64,000 bases of DNA from Leptospira sp. (GTDB taxonomy: Bacteria; Spirochaetota; Leptospiria; Leptospirales; Leptospiraceae): NCBI GenBank assembly GCA_034439575.1, contig JAWXAQ010000030.1, positions 1 through 64,000 of the forward strand, in the 5' to 3' direction. The notes beneath the pieces are model-generated. The model saw only the letters and a program-made list of their open reading frames with translations. It did no database searches and had not been told where the DNA came from. The position numbers were made by a program, and so were the translations under genes. Below are positions 41,502 to 53,100 of this stretch, piece after piece; position 1 is the first letter of the stretch; every line of letters begins with the position of its first letter.

Positions 41502-42152
41502 TTATATGTAAAGTCTAGAACTAGGGAATATATGATGAAACGTTTCAGGCAATGGGCATTTTATATCTACTTTTTCCCCTCTCCAAACCAATGTGATATG
41601 ATAAGCATGCAAAAACATTCGCGTAAATTTTTCGATTTTATTTCCATATACAATATCACCAAGAATGGGAAAACCTGAACTAGCAAGTGCAATGCGTATT
41701 TGATGCCTTCTTCCTGTAATCAAATTTGCTTGTCCCAAAAATATATTTTTACTTACATCATATTCAAGCATTGTAAAATCCGTGATGGCTTTTTTTCCAC
41801 CGCTACGAACGACAGTTACTTTTTTATTTCCATCTTTTAAAAAACATTCATGTCGAATTTCTTTCCAATCGGGAATTCCTATTGCTAAAAACAAATACTC
41901 CTTAATCGAATTTTTTAGAGCCTCATCCAATTCTTTATTGATCGAATTATCTTTTCCAAATACCACGATACCACTCGTTCCTAAATCCAAACGGTTAGCA
42001 GTTCTTAATTCCATATAGCCATATTTATTTATCAGATAACGCGTGAAATCTGGTCTGTTGGGATCTTTGGTCTCGTGCACTGGAATTCCTTCTGGTTTAT
42101 TTGCCAAAAGGAAGAATTCATTTTCAAAAAGGATTTCTTCTTTATCTTTCAC
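41502..42152 (-). CDS. RluA-family RNA pseudouridine synthase
   Basis: NKPEG, NRLDLGTSG (catalytic Asp), TGRRHQIR, PILGD.VYG, LHA. Confidence 0.93.
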   Translation of the reverse strand: MKDKEEILFENEFFLLANKPEGIPVHETKDPNRPDFTRYLINKYGYMELRTANRLDLGTSGIVVFGKDNSINKELDEALKNSIKEYLFLAIGIPDWKEIRHECFLKDGNKKVTVVRSGGKKAITDFTMLEYDVSKNIFLGQANLITGRRHQIRIALASSGFPILGDIVYGNKIEKFTRMFLHAYHITLVWRGEKVDIKCPLPETFHHIFPSSRLYI

Positions 42153-42157
42153 AAAAA

Positions 42158-43051
42158 TCAGAAAATAGAAAGAGTGAAATTGTATCCACCATAACTTCGT
42201 AAGTTGATCACTCCATTTTCAAACAACAAATATTGCCCTTTGATTCCGACGAGTGTGTCTTCAATAGAATCTGTCTCTGTGAGTTTATATGACTTTGCTT
42301 TTTTTGGATAACTTAGAATTGGGTATGAGATTTCGAATACTTCATTTGAAATTACTGGTTCATAATTTAGTTTATCAGATTTCCCGTTCTCATTTTCTAT
42401 AAAAAAATCTTTTGTTGCCAGATGTTTTAGAAATTTTTCTTTTTCCTTAGGTAGATTTACTTCTGGTGGGTCCCCTTGGATCAATTTTTGCCAAGAAGTT
42501 TTGTCTGGAAGAAATCCTGCCAGATAATTTTCTACAACTCCAGCCGCATAACGAGAATTGACTTCTAATACAGGAATACCAAACCTTGCCCCTTGGTCTA
42601 CCCAGCGATTGCTCACAGGATTTTCTTTCGTGATCCCCACTTTCAATCCACTTGAATTGGCAAAATAGACTGTATGTTTTTTGAAACAATTGGTTTTGCC
42701 CCATTCTGGCTCGCGACAAGTTCCTTTATGGAAATGGCAGGTCTCCGGTCTCAAAATACAAAGGTCATTTTCTGCTTTTTGCGAAAAACAAACATAACAA
42801 CAACCTTGCGAAAATGATTTTTTAGTAGGTTTGCCACAGATCACACAACGAATTTTGCCATTTGTAACAAGTGTTACTTTTTTCCCCAACCACCCATTCA
42901 TACTTTCTTCGGTGATATGTTCCATTTCTTCGGAAATGCCAATTTTTTTACCAGATTCTTCATCTTTATAACTAACATATGCTAAATGGTAGGATACTGG
43001 GAAGATTCCTTTGTGTTCCATCATTCGAAGATATCCTGTAAAAGATTTCAT
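42158..43051 (-). CDS. DUF2797 family protein
   Basis: CVICGK.TKKSFSQG.CY.C, CILRPETCH, KVGIT, RWVDQGA, GIKGQYL. Confidence 0.88.
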   Translation of the reverse strand: MKSFTGYLRMMEHKGIFPVSYHLAYVSYKDEESGKKIGISEEMEHITEESMNGWLGKKVTLVTNGKIRCVICGKPTKKSFSQGCCYVCFSQKAENDLCILRPETCHFHKGTCREPEWGKTNCFKKHTVYFANSSGLKVGITKENPVSNRWVDQGARFGIPVLEVNSRYAAGVVENYLAGFLPDKTSWQKLIQGDPPEVNLPKEKEKFLKHLATKDFFIENENGKSDKLNYEPVISNEVFEISYPILSYPKKAKSYKLTETDSIEDTLVGIKGQYLLFENGVINLRSYGGYNFTLSIF

Positions 43052-43713
43052 TATTTTTTAAAGATAAGCTCTTTTGCGGAAATAGGAAAAGAATCCTGAT
43101 CAAGTTTCAATATCATAACCCCAATCAGTGTATTCACATTTTCAATTTCCTTCCATTGAAATACGACAACCTGAGATTGGAATTTATAATGGGAAATGTA
43201 ATCATTTTTATGATAGAATAATTGCAAATGGTCTTCATCTTCACCTAATTTGGCGACTAGTCCACCTATATTTGGCGATTTTGCATTTGAAATATTAATA
43301 TTAACTCTACCCCCAGATAAATCTTCCAAAGGTGATTCGATTTCAAGATTCTCCGCATCATTAACATTTGTTTGGGTCTCGATATTTAAAGTGCTATCAT
43401 TCCAAGAAAGTAAGTTGCATGGGAATTCCCCAGGCAATTCTGGAAAATCAGAAGGACAGGGAATATATCGGATATCTTTAATTTCAGAGAAAGTATATTT
43501 TTTAATGATAGATGTGCGTATGGTTGCAAAAGCTATGCCCTTTAGTTTTGCGGAAAGATTTTTTTTAGGAATCTCCGTAAAGTGTATTTCGTTAGGCGTT
43601 GCTATGACTGCAACTGCAAATAATACAAAAAAAACAATTAGAGATTTTAGAATGTTATTTATATACATATTTTTCTTAATAAAGTAAATAAGGTTTAATT
43701 TTATTTTTTTCAT
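43051..43713 (-). CDS. Exported hypothetical protein (start may be 43668)
   Basis: Signal or TM segment, in an operon with the flanking genes. Confidence 0.65.
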   Translation of the reverse strand: MKKIKLNLIYFIKKNMYINNILKSLIVFFVLFAVAVIATPNEIHFTEIPKKNLSAKLKGIAFATIRTSIIKKYTFSEIKDIRYIPCPSDFPELPGEFPCNLLSWNDSTLNIETQTNVNDAENLEIESPLEDLSGGRVNINISNAKSPNIGGLVAKLGEDEDHLQLFYHKNDYISHYKFQSQVVVFQWKEIENVNTLIGVMILKLDQDSFPISAKELIFKK

Positions 43714-44920
43714 CTTCCTCTAATTTCAAATATGATTTATGAAATTCTAAATACGATTTTCCTTCGTTAATGGCATTTCGGAAATGATCATTGCCCCAAA
43801 GTTGATCTGCCCAATAATTTTGACCGCCTTTATTCCAACGAAAGTCTTTTGGATAAACTTCTTTCATCAATCGTATCAATTCATAAGAAAGTTCGATTGG
43901 ATCATAATCTGCTCTTACTAAATTCATTCGCAAACCATGACATATTTTACCCTTATGTGGACCAAAGGTTGGTTTAAAATAAACGGTAGAGAAAAAATAA
44001 GCTTTGTTGCCGAGCGTTGAAAGTTTATTTGCGAGTTCACTTGGTTCAGTCATCCAAGGAGCACCAAAATAAACAAATGGAGCTTGCGTTCCCCGACCGA
44101 CAGAAACATTCACACCTTCTAGCATAACTAGCGCTAAATAATTTCTCGCAGTCTCCACCATCGGTAAATTTGGTGATGGTGTGTACCAAACTAAACCCGT
44201 CTCTTCAAAATATTGGTCTCTGGAATAACCTTTAACAGGGATTATCTTTAAATTGACCTTATCCTTTAAAAATTCTTTGGCATAAAATTTTGCTGATTCG
44301 CCAAGTGTCATTCCTGATATTAAGAGAGAAGGAAATTCACCTGCAAAATTTGTATGTTTTGGATCCATTTTTTCTCCCATAGGAGGAAGGTGCATCGCTA
44401 CATGAATGTGATCCAAAAGTACCATTTCTGTTTTTGTATTTTGAATGGCATCTAGCAGACGTTTCAGTACGCTCACATAAGTATAACATCTCATTCCGAC
44501 GTCTTGCACATCAAATAAAACAACATCCACTTCTGAGGCCAAATCTCTAAGTTCAGAATCTTTAACTTTGTAAATGTGATATAGGGGTCTAGAAAACACA
44601 GGATCGAGTGTAACTGGCGTTTGGCTAAACTCTTCTTCTATTCCTAAAAATCCATGCTCTAACCCGATTAAATGTTCCAATCTGACATTGTGCTTTGCAA
44701 ATTCAGAAATGATTTTTGAAGGTAAATTGCCGATACCGGAAGGGTTTGTGACGAGCATCACTTTTTTTCCACTTAAAGATGGCAAAACTTCAGAATAAAA
44801 AGTTTCTGCAGAAGGTATGATTTTAGCGTTTGCGGGGTGCACCCGAAATTGGGGGGATGTATTTCCTTGGCATGCGGCCAAAATAAAGAGTAAAGAAAAC
44901 CTAAAAAAGTATTTGGTCAT
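43676..44920 (-). CDS. DUF1343 / NamZ exo-beta-N-acetylmuramidase family lipoprotein
   Basis: Lipobox LAAC; TNPSG, EHG, FDVQDVGMRCYTY, PSPNLP, VSVGRGT. Confidence 0.9.
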   Translation of the reverse strand: MTKYFFRFSLLFILAACQGNTSPQFRVHPANAKIIPSAETFYSEVLPSLSGKKVMLVTNPSGIGNLPSKIISEFAKHNVRLEHLIGLEHGFLGIEEEFSQTPVTLDPVFSRPLYHIYKVKDSELRDLASEVDVVLFDVQDVGMRCYTYVSVLKRLLDAIQNTKTEMVLLDHIHVAMHLPPMGEKMDPKHTNFAGEFPSLLISGMTLGESAKFYAKEFLKDKVNLKIIPVKGYSRDQYFEETGLVWYTPSPNLPMVETARNYLALVMLEGVNVSVGRGTQAPFVYFGAPWMTEPSELANKLSTLGNKAYFFSTVYFKPTFGPHKGKICHGLRMNLVRADYDPIELSYELIRLMKEVYPKDFRWNKGGQNYWADQLWGNDHFRNAINEGKSYLEFHKSYLKLEEDEKNKIKPYLLY

Positions 44921-44971
44921 GTAAGTAGACGATTATAAGATATGGCAAATCTTCAAGGAGAATTGCTCCCA

Positions 44972-46198
44972 ATGTTCAATCGATATACACCATCTCTATC
45001 TCTAGCCCTCTATCTGGCCTTGATTTTGAGCTGTGCCAACCCTGCCGTAGCGGAAAAACCTGCAAACCAACAAGAAAATGTGATCACAGTACTCGGTGAG
45101 GCACCTATTTACCAGGGAGACATGGCACTTGCCCGAAATAAGGCATTGAAAGACGCAAAAATCAATGCAGTCAGAAAACTCGTGGGGGAACAAATCACAG
45201 AAAAATCAGGAGTTTCGGATGGCCAATCCTTGGGATCAAAACTCTACAGTAAAACTGATTCCTTTGTTAAAAAATACGAAATACTCAGCGAAGAGACTTG
45301 GAAATTGGATACGCAAGATATGATTCGATTGAGTGTTCGCTGTGAAGTGGAAGCGACAAAACTTTCGACTGCCGTTGATGCTTTACTTGATGATGTTGGA
45401 AATCCACGCATCGCCGTTCTTATCCAATCAAATATCCAAGGCAAAAATTTTCCGATCGGTTCAGCCACAAACACAGCTGAGGCGGAACTGATTGAAAAAC
45501 TCAGAAAAAAAGGAAACAAAGTTGTAGATAGCTCTCAGCTAACTGCCCTTTTGAAAAAAAATCCAGCTCTTGCAAAATTGGATTTAACTTCTGTAGAAGA
45601 AGGTAGCCCTCTCCTAACACTTGCTCAAGATTCAGGGGCAGAAGTTTTGATCATTGGAAAAGTTGATACAGTCGATCAAAAACCAATTGTACTACCCGGT
45701 GGTAAAAAAACCGATTTTTTAAGTGCTGCGGCAACTGGACCGTACCGCATCATTCAACTTTGGGGTGATGGGAAAATATTTGGATCTGGCTCATCGGAAG
45801 GTCGTGGAGCAGACATTACCCAAGACGTTGCGCGCATTCAAGCCACTAAAGATTGGTCAAATTTGGTTTCTGAAAAAGTAGCCAAACAAATCAAAGATGA
45901 ATGGTTTAAATTAACCGAACAAAATACTGTCATCTTAAAATTTACTGGTTTGGAATTAGAAGATGCTATCAATTTTAAAAATGATTTGACCGAATTTACT
46001 TCCGTCAAACAAATCAACGACCGTAAAACAGAAGCTAGTGGATCAGAGTGGGAATTAACTTATCCTGGTAAAGAATCTATGTTTGCCGAAGAATTGATGT
46101 ACAAAAAAGATTCCAGTTTCCGTTTCCTATCTAAAAAAGTTTTGAATATAAAAAGCTCTAAACGTGGCGTTGTAGAAGCTGATTTTAAAAATAGATAA
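44972..46198 (+). CDS. lipL46: LipL46-like lipoprotein (FlgT N-terminal-like domain)
   Basis: Lipobox ILSC; VTVLGEAPIYQGDMALARNKALKDA. Resembles Leptospira LipL46 in size and sequence, from recall. Confidence 0.75.
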   Translation: MFNRYTPSLSLALYLALILSCANPAVAEKPANQQENVITVLGEAPIYQGDMALARNKALKDAKINAVRKLVGEQITEKSGVSDGQSLGSKLYSKTDSFVKKYEILSEETWKLDTQDMIRLSVRCEVEATKLSTAVDALLDDVGNPRIAVLIQSNIQGKNFPIGSATNTAEAELIEKLRKKGNKVVDSSQLTALLKKNPALAKLDLTSVEEGSPLLTLAQDSGAEVLIIGKVDTVDQKPIVLPGGKKTDFLSAAATGPYRIIQLWGDGKIFGSGSSEGRGADITQDVARIQATKDWSNLVSEKVAKQIKDEWFKLTEQNTVILKFTGLELEDAINFKNDLTEFTSVKQINDRKTEASGSEWELTYPGKESMFAEELMYKKDSSFRFLSKKVLNIKSSKRGVVEADFKNR

Positions 46199-46209
46199 TT
46201 TTGATTTTT

Positions 46210-46241
46210 GCATTAGGAGAAATAAATCTCCTAATGCTTTT
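46210..46241 (+). terminator. Intrinsic terminator between convergent genes
   Basis: GCATTAGGAGA-AATAAA-TCTCCTAATGC then TTTT. Confidence 0.85.
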
Positions 46242-46243
46242 AT

Positions 46244-48115
46244 CTAATCTTTCGATTCCGTCCTTTCAAAATCTCCCCAAATATCTTTTTCATCTATGTC
46301 AGTTGTGCCTGTATCAAAACGCATAAGTCTTTCTAGTTCCGCTGTCCTCTGTTTGGCAATGCTGATATATGCCTTACGATCTTTTCTGTGTTCGTATAAC
46401 TCATTAAAGGTTGATGTATCATGTTTCAAAAATGTAAGGGCCGCTTTTCTTGCTTGGTAGGACCTAAAACCAAGGCGTCCAAGTGCTTCCACACCTAACT
46501 CTACAGCTGTTTCACGCGTTTCCCGAAACACAGAATCTGCTCCAGCTTCCTTTAATTCATAAGCTTCTTCCCGATCTCCAGCGCGGGCTAAAATTTTCAA
46601 ATCAGGAAAATGTTTTTTGACTGTGTGGATCAATAAAATTTGTTTTTCCATATTGTCTAGTGCCGCAATTATGAGTTTTGCTTTTTCGGCACCAGCACCG
46701 ACAAGAAGTTCATGCCTTGTAGCATCGCCAAAATAAACCTTAAAATCAAACCGCCTAAGCATAGCTACTCGGTCCGCATCATAATCCAGTATCGTTAAAG
46801 GAATCCCATTTCCACGCAAAAACCGACCAAGCATATTTCCAAATTTACCAAATCCAGCAATGATCACAGGATTTTCTTCATTTTCAATCGTGTCGGATTC
46901 TCCCTTGCTTTTTGTTTTATCGTCTAACTGATCTTTGATAAATTTTTCGAATACCAATAGAAAGATGGGTGTCAATGCCATGCTGATCGCCACGGCCGCG
47001 ACGAGTGTGGAAACAAGTTCCTTTTCCAATATTCCATTTTGTTCAGAATAACTAAAAAGAACAAATGAAAACTCTCCCACTTGGGAAAGGCCTAAGGCAA
47101 AATAAAGATTTTGATCTAATGGCAATCTAAATATGGCACCTAACAAGAAAAGTATTAAAGCCTTTCCAAAAACGATTATCGCAACGATGCAAAGAATTTT
47201 CAATGGATTTTGAATAAGTAAGTTTACATCCATAGAAGCACCCACACTCAAAAAAAATAATCCAAGCAAGAGACCCTTAAAAGGCTCTATATCACTTTCC
47301 AATTCATGACGAAATTCGCTCGATGCCAGTACGACGCCCGCAAGAAAAGTACCAAGTGCCGCCGATAATCCGATACTACTCATTAACAAAGAAATACTTA
47401 TCACAAGTAACAAACTTGCACCCGTAAAAATTTCGCGTAAGCCTGTATTTGCGATGATGCGAAAAATTGGCCCGAGAAAATATTTTCCCACAAGAATGAT
47501 ACCTATGATCACTCCCAAAATAATACAAGTTTGTATCCAAGCTGGAAAATGGTGTATAAGCGAAGCTTCATGTCCGGATGTAGTTTGTAAATGAGTCGGA
47601 ACTAACAAAGGGAATATGGCAAGCATTGGAATCACTGCCATATCCTGAAATAACAATACAGAAAAAGATGCCTGACCTGAAATGGATTTCATCAGGCCTT
47701 TTTCTTTTAATGTTTGTAATACTATCGCTGTTGAAGACAGTGATAGTATCATACCAATTGCTAGTGAAGATTTGAAATTTAATTCAAAATAAATACTCAC
47801 TCCTAAAAAGAAAGCCGTTGTGAGTAAAACTTGTAATCCACCAAGACCTAAAAGCCAAAATTTTAATTTCCATAACAGACTGAGTTCTAATTCCAATCCA
47901 ATTACAAATAACATCATCACTACGCCAAATTCGGCAAAATGCATGAGTGATTGGCCTTCAGCGCCCACAAAACCAAGAACAGCAGGACCAATACAAATTC
48001 CAGCTAACAAGTAACCAAGAACTGATCCAAGACCCAATTTGTAGGCAATAGGAACCATTACGATAGCTGCAGAAAGATAAATTAAGGATTGAACAAAAAA
48101 ACTTGACTCTTCCAT
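46244..48115 (-). CDS. kefB: KefB/KefC-type potassium efflux antiporter (CPA2 plus KTN domain)
   Basis: LGSVLGYLLAG, AEFGVVMMLFVIGLEL, LLFQD, RHELESDIEPFKGLLLGLFF, AGFGKFG, FGDATR. Confidence 0.92.
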   Translation of the reverse strand: MEESSFFVQSLIYLSAAIVMVPIAYKLGLGSVLGYLLAGICIGPAVLGFVGAEGQSLMHFAEFGVVMMLFVIGLELELSLLWKLKFWLLGLGGLQVLLTTAFFLGVSIYFELNFKSSLAIGMILSLSSTAIVLQTLKEKGLMKSISGQASFSVLLFQDMAVIPMLAIFPLLVPTHLQTTSGHEASLIHHFPAWIQTCIILGVIIGIILVGKYFLGPIFRIIANTGLREIFTGASLLLVISISLLMSSIGLSAALGTFLAGVVLASSEFRHELESDIEPFKGLLLGLFFLSVGASMDVNLLIQNPLKILCIVAIIVFGKALILFLLGAIFRLPLDQNLYFALGLSQVGEFSFVLFSYSEQNGILEKELVSTLVAAVAISMALTPIFLLVFEKFIKDQLDDKTKSKGESDTIENEENPVIIAGFGKFGNMLGRFLRGNGIPLTILDYDADRVAMLRRFDFKVYFGDATRHELLVGAGAEKAKLIIAALDNMEKQILLIHTVKKHFPDLKILARAGDREEAYELKEAGADSVFRETRETAVELGVEALGRLGFRSYQARKAALTFLKHDTSTFNELYEHRKDRKAYISIAKQRTAELERLMRFDTGTTDIDEKDIWGDFERTESKD

Positions 48116-48116
48116 T

Positions 48117-48653
48117 TTATTTTTCCTTTAACAACTGTTGTATAAATTTTGAAAATTCAATCCCTACTTTTGCCATTTCTTTTTCTGATTTTTGGAAGGC
48201 ACCATACATTACAAATGGTGATCGGTAGTTCATATGACAAAGCTCTGCTGTTCTTTTAAATGGGAGTAAAAATTCAAACAATTCAGCTTTATGAAATCCT
48301 TCCTTGGTATATGCGCTTTCATTGGCTCCTGTTGTGAGTATTTGTACCCATGATTTTCCTTGTAACTTAGTTCCACCTTCACCATAAGCCCAGCCAAATT
48401 CTAAAACTAAATCTATCCATTGTTTCATTAAAGGGGGACAACTGTACCAATAAATAGGGTGTTGGAAAATGATGACATCATGTGCTAAAAGTAATTCCTG
48501 TTCCTTTTTAATATTTATATCAAAATCAGGATATTTTTCGTATAAATCATGTTCGGTGATATGATTTGTCCTTGGTAAAAAACCTGTCAAAGTTTGATTG
48601 GCACGAGACTTTTCATACGTTGGATGCACAAGTATATGTAGAATTGAATTCAT
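48117..48653 (-). CDS. kefG: KefG/KefF-type NAD(P)H oxidoreductase (flavodoxin-like)
   Basis: HP..EKSRAN, DLYEKYPDF, QHPIYWYSCPPLMKQWID; directly upstream of the Kef transporter. Confidence 0.9.
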   Translation of the reverse strand: MNSILHILVHPTYEKSRANQTLTGFLPRTNHITEHDLYEKYPDFDINIKKEQELLLAHDVIIFQHPIYWYSCPPLMKQWIDLVLEFGWAYGEGGTKLQGKSWVQILTTGANESAYTKEGFHKAELFEFLLPFKRTAELCHMNYRSPFVMYGAFQKSEKEMAKVGIEFSKFIQQLLKEK

Positions 48654-48763
48654 AAATCTATTTCGAACGTAACTTTTAAAACATGTTCTATTTACTCAAT
48701 AATTTTCTACAAAAACTGCCAAAAATCAAAAAAATGCTCCTCTTATTTTAAATGTAGTATCAC

Positions 48764-50080
48764 ATGTATCCTATGTTCAATTATCTAAACCATACCATAT
48801 TGATTTCAGTCATTCTATCCTTGTTTGTGTCTTGCAAAAAAGAAGACGATAAAACAGATGATCTAGTGATCATGGGTCTTGTAGCAGTGGCACAAACGCC
48901 TTACATTGCAGTAACTCCAACTGCCGGTAGTATCACGATCGCAGGAAATGCCAATGTCACAAAATCTTATGATCCAAAGTGTACAGGCGTTAGCGGGAAC
49001 CAAACATTTAAATTTTATCTCAAGAAAGGAACTTCGAAAAATCTATTAGTTAACTTTATGGGTGGAGGTGCATGTTGGGATGGTAAAAATTGTTTTGGCT
49101 CAAATACGACTACCTATTTCAATCGCATGGATTCACTTTCTAATCTAGCTGTGAGAATTGCTTTTAGTGGCATACTGGAAGAGCGGAATGCGGTGAACCC
49201 GTTTAGAGATTGGAATGTCTTATTTATACCTTATTGTTCTGGAGATTTATTTTGGGGCTCTAAGTCTACATCTTATACAGACCCAACGACAGGTGCAGCC
49301 ACTACCTTAGATCACAAAGGTTTTGATAACTTCCTCGCGAGCATTGACTATGTTAAAAAAAATTCAGAATGGACCCCGGATGCATCTAACAAAGTATTTG
49401 TGATTGGTCAATCTGCTGGTGCCTATGGTGCTATTTTTAACTTTTCTTATATCAAGGAAATATTTCCATCGAACGAAGTTTCGATCTTCGCAGATGCAGG
49501 CAATGGAGTCATACCAGCGAATTTTCAATCTCAGGGTCCAGTGGCAAAATGGGGGGCCGATTTAAATGTCCCAACCTGGATCGGAATTTCCTCTACCACA
49601 TTCCCGACCATTGAACTTGGAGATTTTTTCAAACAAGTAGCAACTTATTATCCAAATAACAAAATTGCCCAATATTCTACAAATTTTGATGGAAACCAAA
49701 GATACTTTTATAATGTCCAAAAGAAAATTCAAGCGAACGTAAGTTATACGAACTCTACTGATCTTTGGGGTAAGTCTGACGGAACACAAGTGGATGATAG
49801 TACATCATGTACTTGGGTGACTGAATCACGCTCAAATATCATCACTCGTGCAGCAACTAGATCAAACTACAAATACTACATTGCAGGAGGTGATGTGCAT
49901 ACCATCACAACCAGTGCCAGTTTTTACACAGAAAGCTCTGCGGGAGAATCTTTACTTTCATGGATGAACAAAATGATTGCAGGTTCCAGTGATTGGACGA
50001 GTAAAGATTGTAAGTCGGAAGGAAATTGTAAGCCACCTGCGACTAGCACCTCACCAAACGGGATCTCTTGTTCTTTTTGA
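48764..50080 (+). CDS. Pectin acetylesterase/Notum-family lipoprotein
   Basis: Lipobox FVSC; GGGACW, NPFRDWN..FIPYCSGD, GQSAGAYG, C-terminal His. Confidence 0.88.
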   Translation: MYPMFNYLNHTILISVILSLFVSCKKEDDKTDDLVIMGLVAVAQTPYIAVTPTAGSITIAGNANVTKSYDPKCTGVSGNQTFKFYLKKGTSKNLLVNFMGGGACWDGKNCFGSNTTTYFNRMDSLSNLAVRIAFSGILEERNAVNPFRDWNVLFIPYCSGDLFWGSKSTSYTDPTTGAATTLDHKGFDNFLASIDYVKKNSEWTPDASNKVFVIGQSAGAYGAIFNFSYIKEIFPSNEVSIFADAGNGVIPANFQSQGPVAKWGADLNVPTWIGISSTTFPTIELGDFFKQVATYYPNNKIAQYSTNFDGNQRYFYNVQKKIQANVSYTNSTDLWGKSDGTQVDDSTSCTWVTESRSNIITRAATRSNYKYYIAGGDVHTITTSASFYTESSAGESLLSWMNKMIAGSSDWTSKDCKSEGNCKPPATSTSPNGISCSF

Positions 50081-50091
50081 TTTAATCAACT

Positions 50092-50137
50092 AACCACTTA
50101 GGTGCGATATAAACACTTAAGTGGTTTTGTTTTTTTT
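50092..50137 (+). terminator. Intrinsic terminator
   Basis: AACCACTTAGGTG...CACTTAAGTGGTT followed by a T-rich tail. Confidence 0.8.
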
Positions 50138-50172
50138 ACAAAATAAAATAATGCATAATTAAATAATTTATC

Positions 50173-53100
50173 TTATTTTCTGATCCATAAACGCATCATT
50201 CGTTCAAAATCAGATTTCATTGCTGGTTTGCTAATATAATCATTCATTCCCGCTTCTAAACATCTTTCCCTTTCACCAAGCACAGTCCCTGCTGTCACAG
50301 CGATAATCGGCAATAATTTAGCACCCGTGATCTGACGTATGGCTTTCGAGGCTTCATATCCATTCAATTCAGGCATTTGGATATCCATAAAGATGATATC
50401 AGGCATTTTTAAATTGACTAAATCTACGGCCTCTCTGCCATTTTTAGCTTCAATGAGATTAGAGTTGGGTGCAATCCTTCTAAGAATGGAATAAGCTAAT
50501 TTCATGTTAACCGAATTATCCTCGACAATCATTATAGTTAAAGTAACGTCAGTTATATACGGTTTAGCTGAATCATATAATGGTCTTTTGATTTCAGAAT
50601 TAAAATCAAAAAGGGAAGAATCTGAAGACTCGAGTATCAGATCAAAAAAGAAATCAGAACCTTCACCTAACTCACTTTCTAATTGAATTTTACTATCCAT
50701 TAAACTCAAAAGTTGATTTGATATGGATAATCCAAGTCCAGTGCCTCCAAATCTACGTGTTGTTGAAAAATCTTCCTGAGTGAAGGCTTCAAAAATCTTA
50801 CTCTGATTTTGAGCTGCGATTCCTATTCCGGTATCTTTTATAGAAATTCTTATTTTCACTTTATCATCAGAAATTTTTTCTAGTACTGTGATAGAAAACT
50901 CAATCTTACCTTTTTCAGTAAATTTAATCGCATTGCTTAACAAATTTACAATAATTTGTTTGATTCGAAGCGGATCAATTTCTACAAAATCAGGTAATTC
51001 AGGATCAATGAGTAACCTAAGTTTAATTTGTTTTTGATTTGCTTGGTATCTCACGATGTTAATCACTTCATCAGCAAGGTCACCTAAGCTCGTCCTTTCC
51101 AAATTCAGTTCAAGTTTGCCTGCTTCAATTTTGGAAAAATCCAAAATATCTGATACAATGTCTAACAATGAATTAGCGCTTTGGAATACGGTTCGCAAAT
51201 AATCTTTTTGTGTATGATCAAGGGACGTTCGAAGTAACAAATCTGTGAAACCAATGATACCGTTTAAGGGAGTGCGAATTTCATGGCTCATATTCGCAAG
51301 AAAGTCTGACTTTGCGATACTCGCTTGTTCAGCCAATATTTTTGCTTTTTTCAATTCTTCTTGGATGGTTTTCTGTTCATGAATGTCCCGTGCTACGACA
51401 GAAGCTCCATTCACAATTCCCTTAAGATCGTAAATGGGAGAAATGGAAACGGATAAATCTACAAGTTTTCCAAACTTTGTTTTTCTTTGGGTTTCTAACT
51501 GAACGATACTTTCACCTTTCGAATATTTTTCGATAATCCACTGTTCTTCTTCTTGTTTATCGATCGGTAATAAAATTTCCGTTGATTTACCAATAGCTTC
51601 CTCAGATGTAAAACCAAACAAATGTTCTGCTCCGCGATTCCATGTAAGGATTTTGCCTGTCAAATCTTTGCCATAAATAGCATCCGTGGAAGAATCTACT
51701 ATGGCGAATAGCCTTTGACTCATCAACTCATGGCTACGAAGAGCAGTTATATCTTGAATACTACCAAATATTTTTTTACAAACACCATTTTCAAATATAA
51801 CTTCAGCTATCACTCGAACCCATTTTAAATTATTCTTAGCGGTCGTTAGTTGAAATTCATAATCAAATGGGATACCTTTTGTAATTGCCAAATTAACAGA
51901 TTCATAAATTTTCTCTCTCGAGTCTTGATCTTTGTAATAGTTAATAGCTTCATCCAAAGGCGGATTAAAGTTCATCCCTACTTCATGGATTTCTTTAGTT
52001 ATGTCAGACCAAAACAATTCTCTTGTATCAGGCTTTAATTCCCAAGCCCCAACTCTTGCGATCCGACTTGTCTGCTCAAGCATTCGTTTTAAATTTAAAA
52101 GTTCAATTTCAGATTTTCTACGTTCAGTGATATCAGTCGAAATGGTCATGACAGACAATCCTGGCGATGACAGTGGAACTGCCGTTACGTTAATCCATAT
52201 GATATTTTTATCTTCTAATTCGATTCCGATGATTTGATCTGCTATAATTTTTTTTTCTTTTAAACAACGAGCAGATGGCATTTCATCCAAAGAATACTCA
52301 CTATAATCTGATTTAAGATACTTTCTATTTTTATACTCACGACTAATAATCGAATTTTTTGAAAGTTTTAATAATTCTTCTAATTTGGGATTCACCTCTA
52401 TAATTTCATTCTTATCATCTATGATAGTAACTCCAACTGGTAGCGATTGAAGAAGTATTCGAAGTTCTGCTTCGCTCTTTTCTACTTTATTTTTTGCTTC
52501 TTTAATAGCAGTTATATCTGCAACTTGAGCAACAAATCCATCAACATTTCCATCCTTATCATATGCTGGGATATAATTTGCTATAGAATATCTAACCCCT
52601 TTCCCATTTGCCTCGGGAAATTCTCTTTCAAAAACCTGACTTTCTCCTTTCAAAACATTTTCCAAATAAGATTTGTTTAAATTATAAATTTTTTCGCCTA
52701 ATACATAGGAAATATGTTTGCCTTGTATCTCTTTCGGACTTTTCCCAAACCAATTTGAATAAGCTTGGTTAGCAAAAACATTATTTAAATTTTTGTCCCA
52801 ATAACCGATCATAGATGGAATCAAATCCAAAACTCGATAAATTTCCAAATTCGAAGAATTCTCTATTGATGAACTACTATGAGTAAAATTGCGAAATATA
52901 ACAAAATGTACCATCGCATTACTTTCATTAGTATATGATTCAATAATGTAATCAAAGAAATATAATTGTCCTTTTTTATTTACAAAAGAAATCTCCTTCC
53001 AATCTTTCGAAGAATGGTTAAGTAATTTATTTTTTAACGTATTTATTTGCGCTTCATCCAAGATTTCAGATAATTTGGGAGGAGAATCCATTTCTGTCAT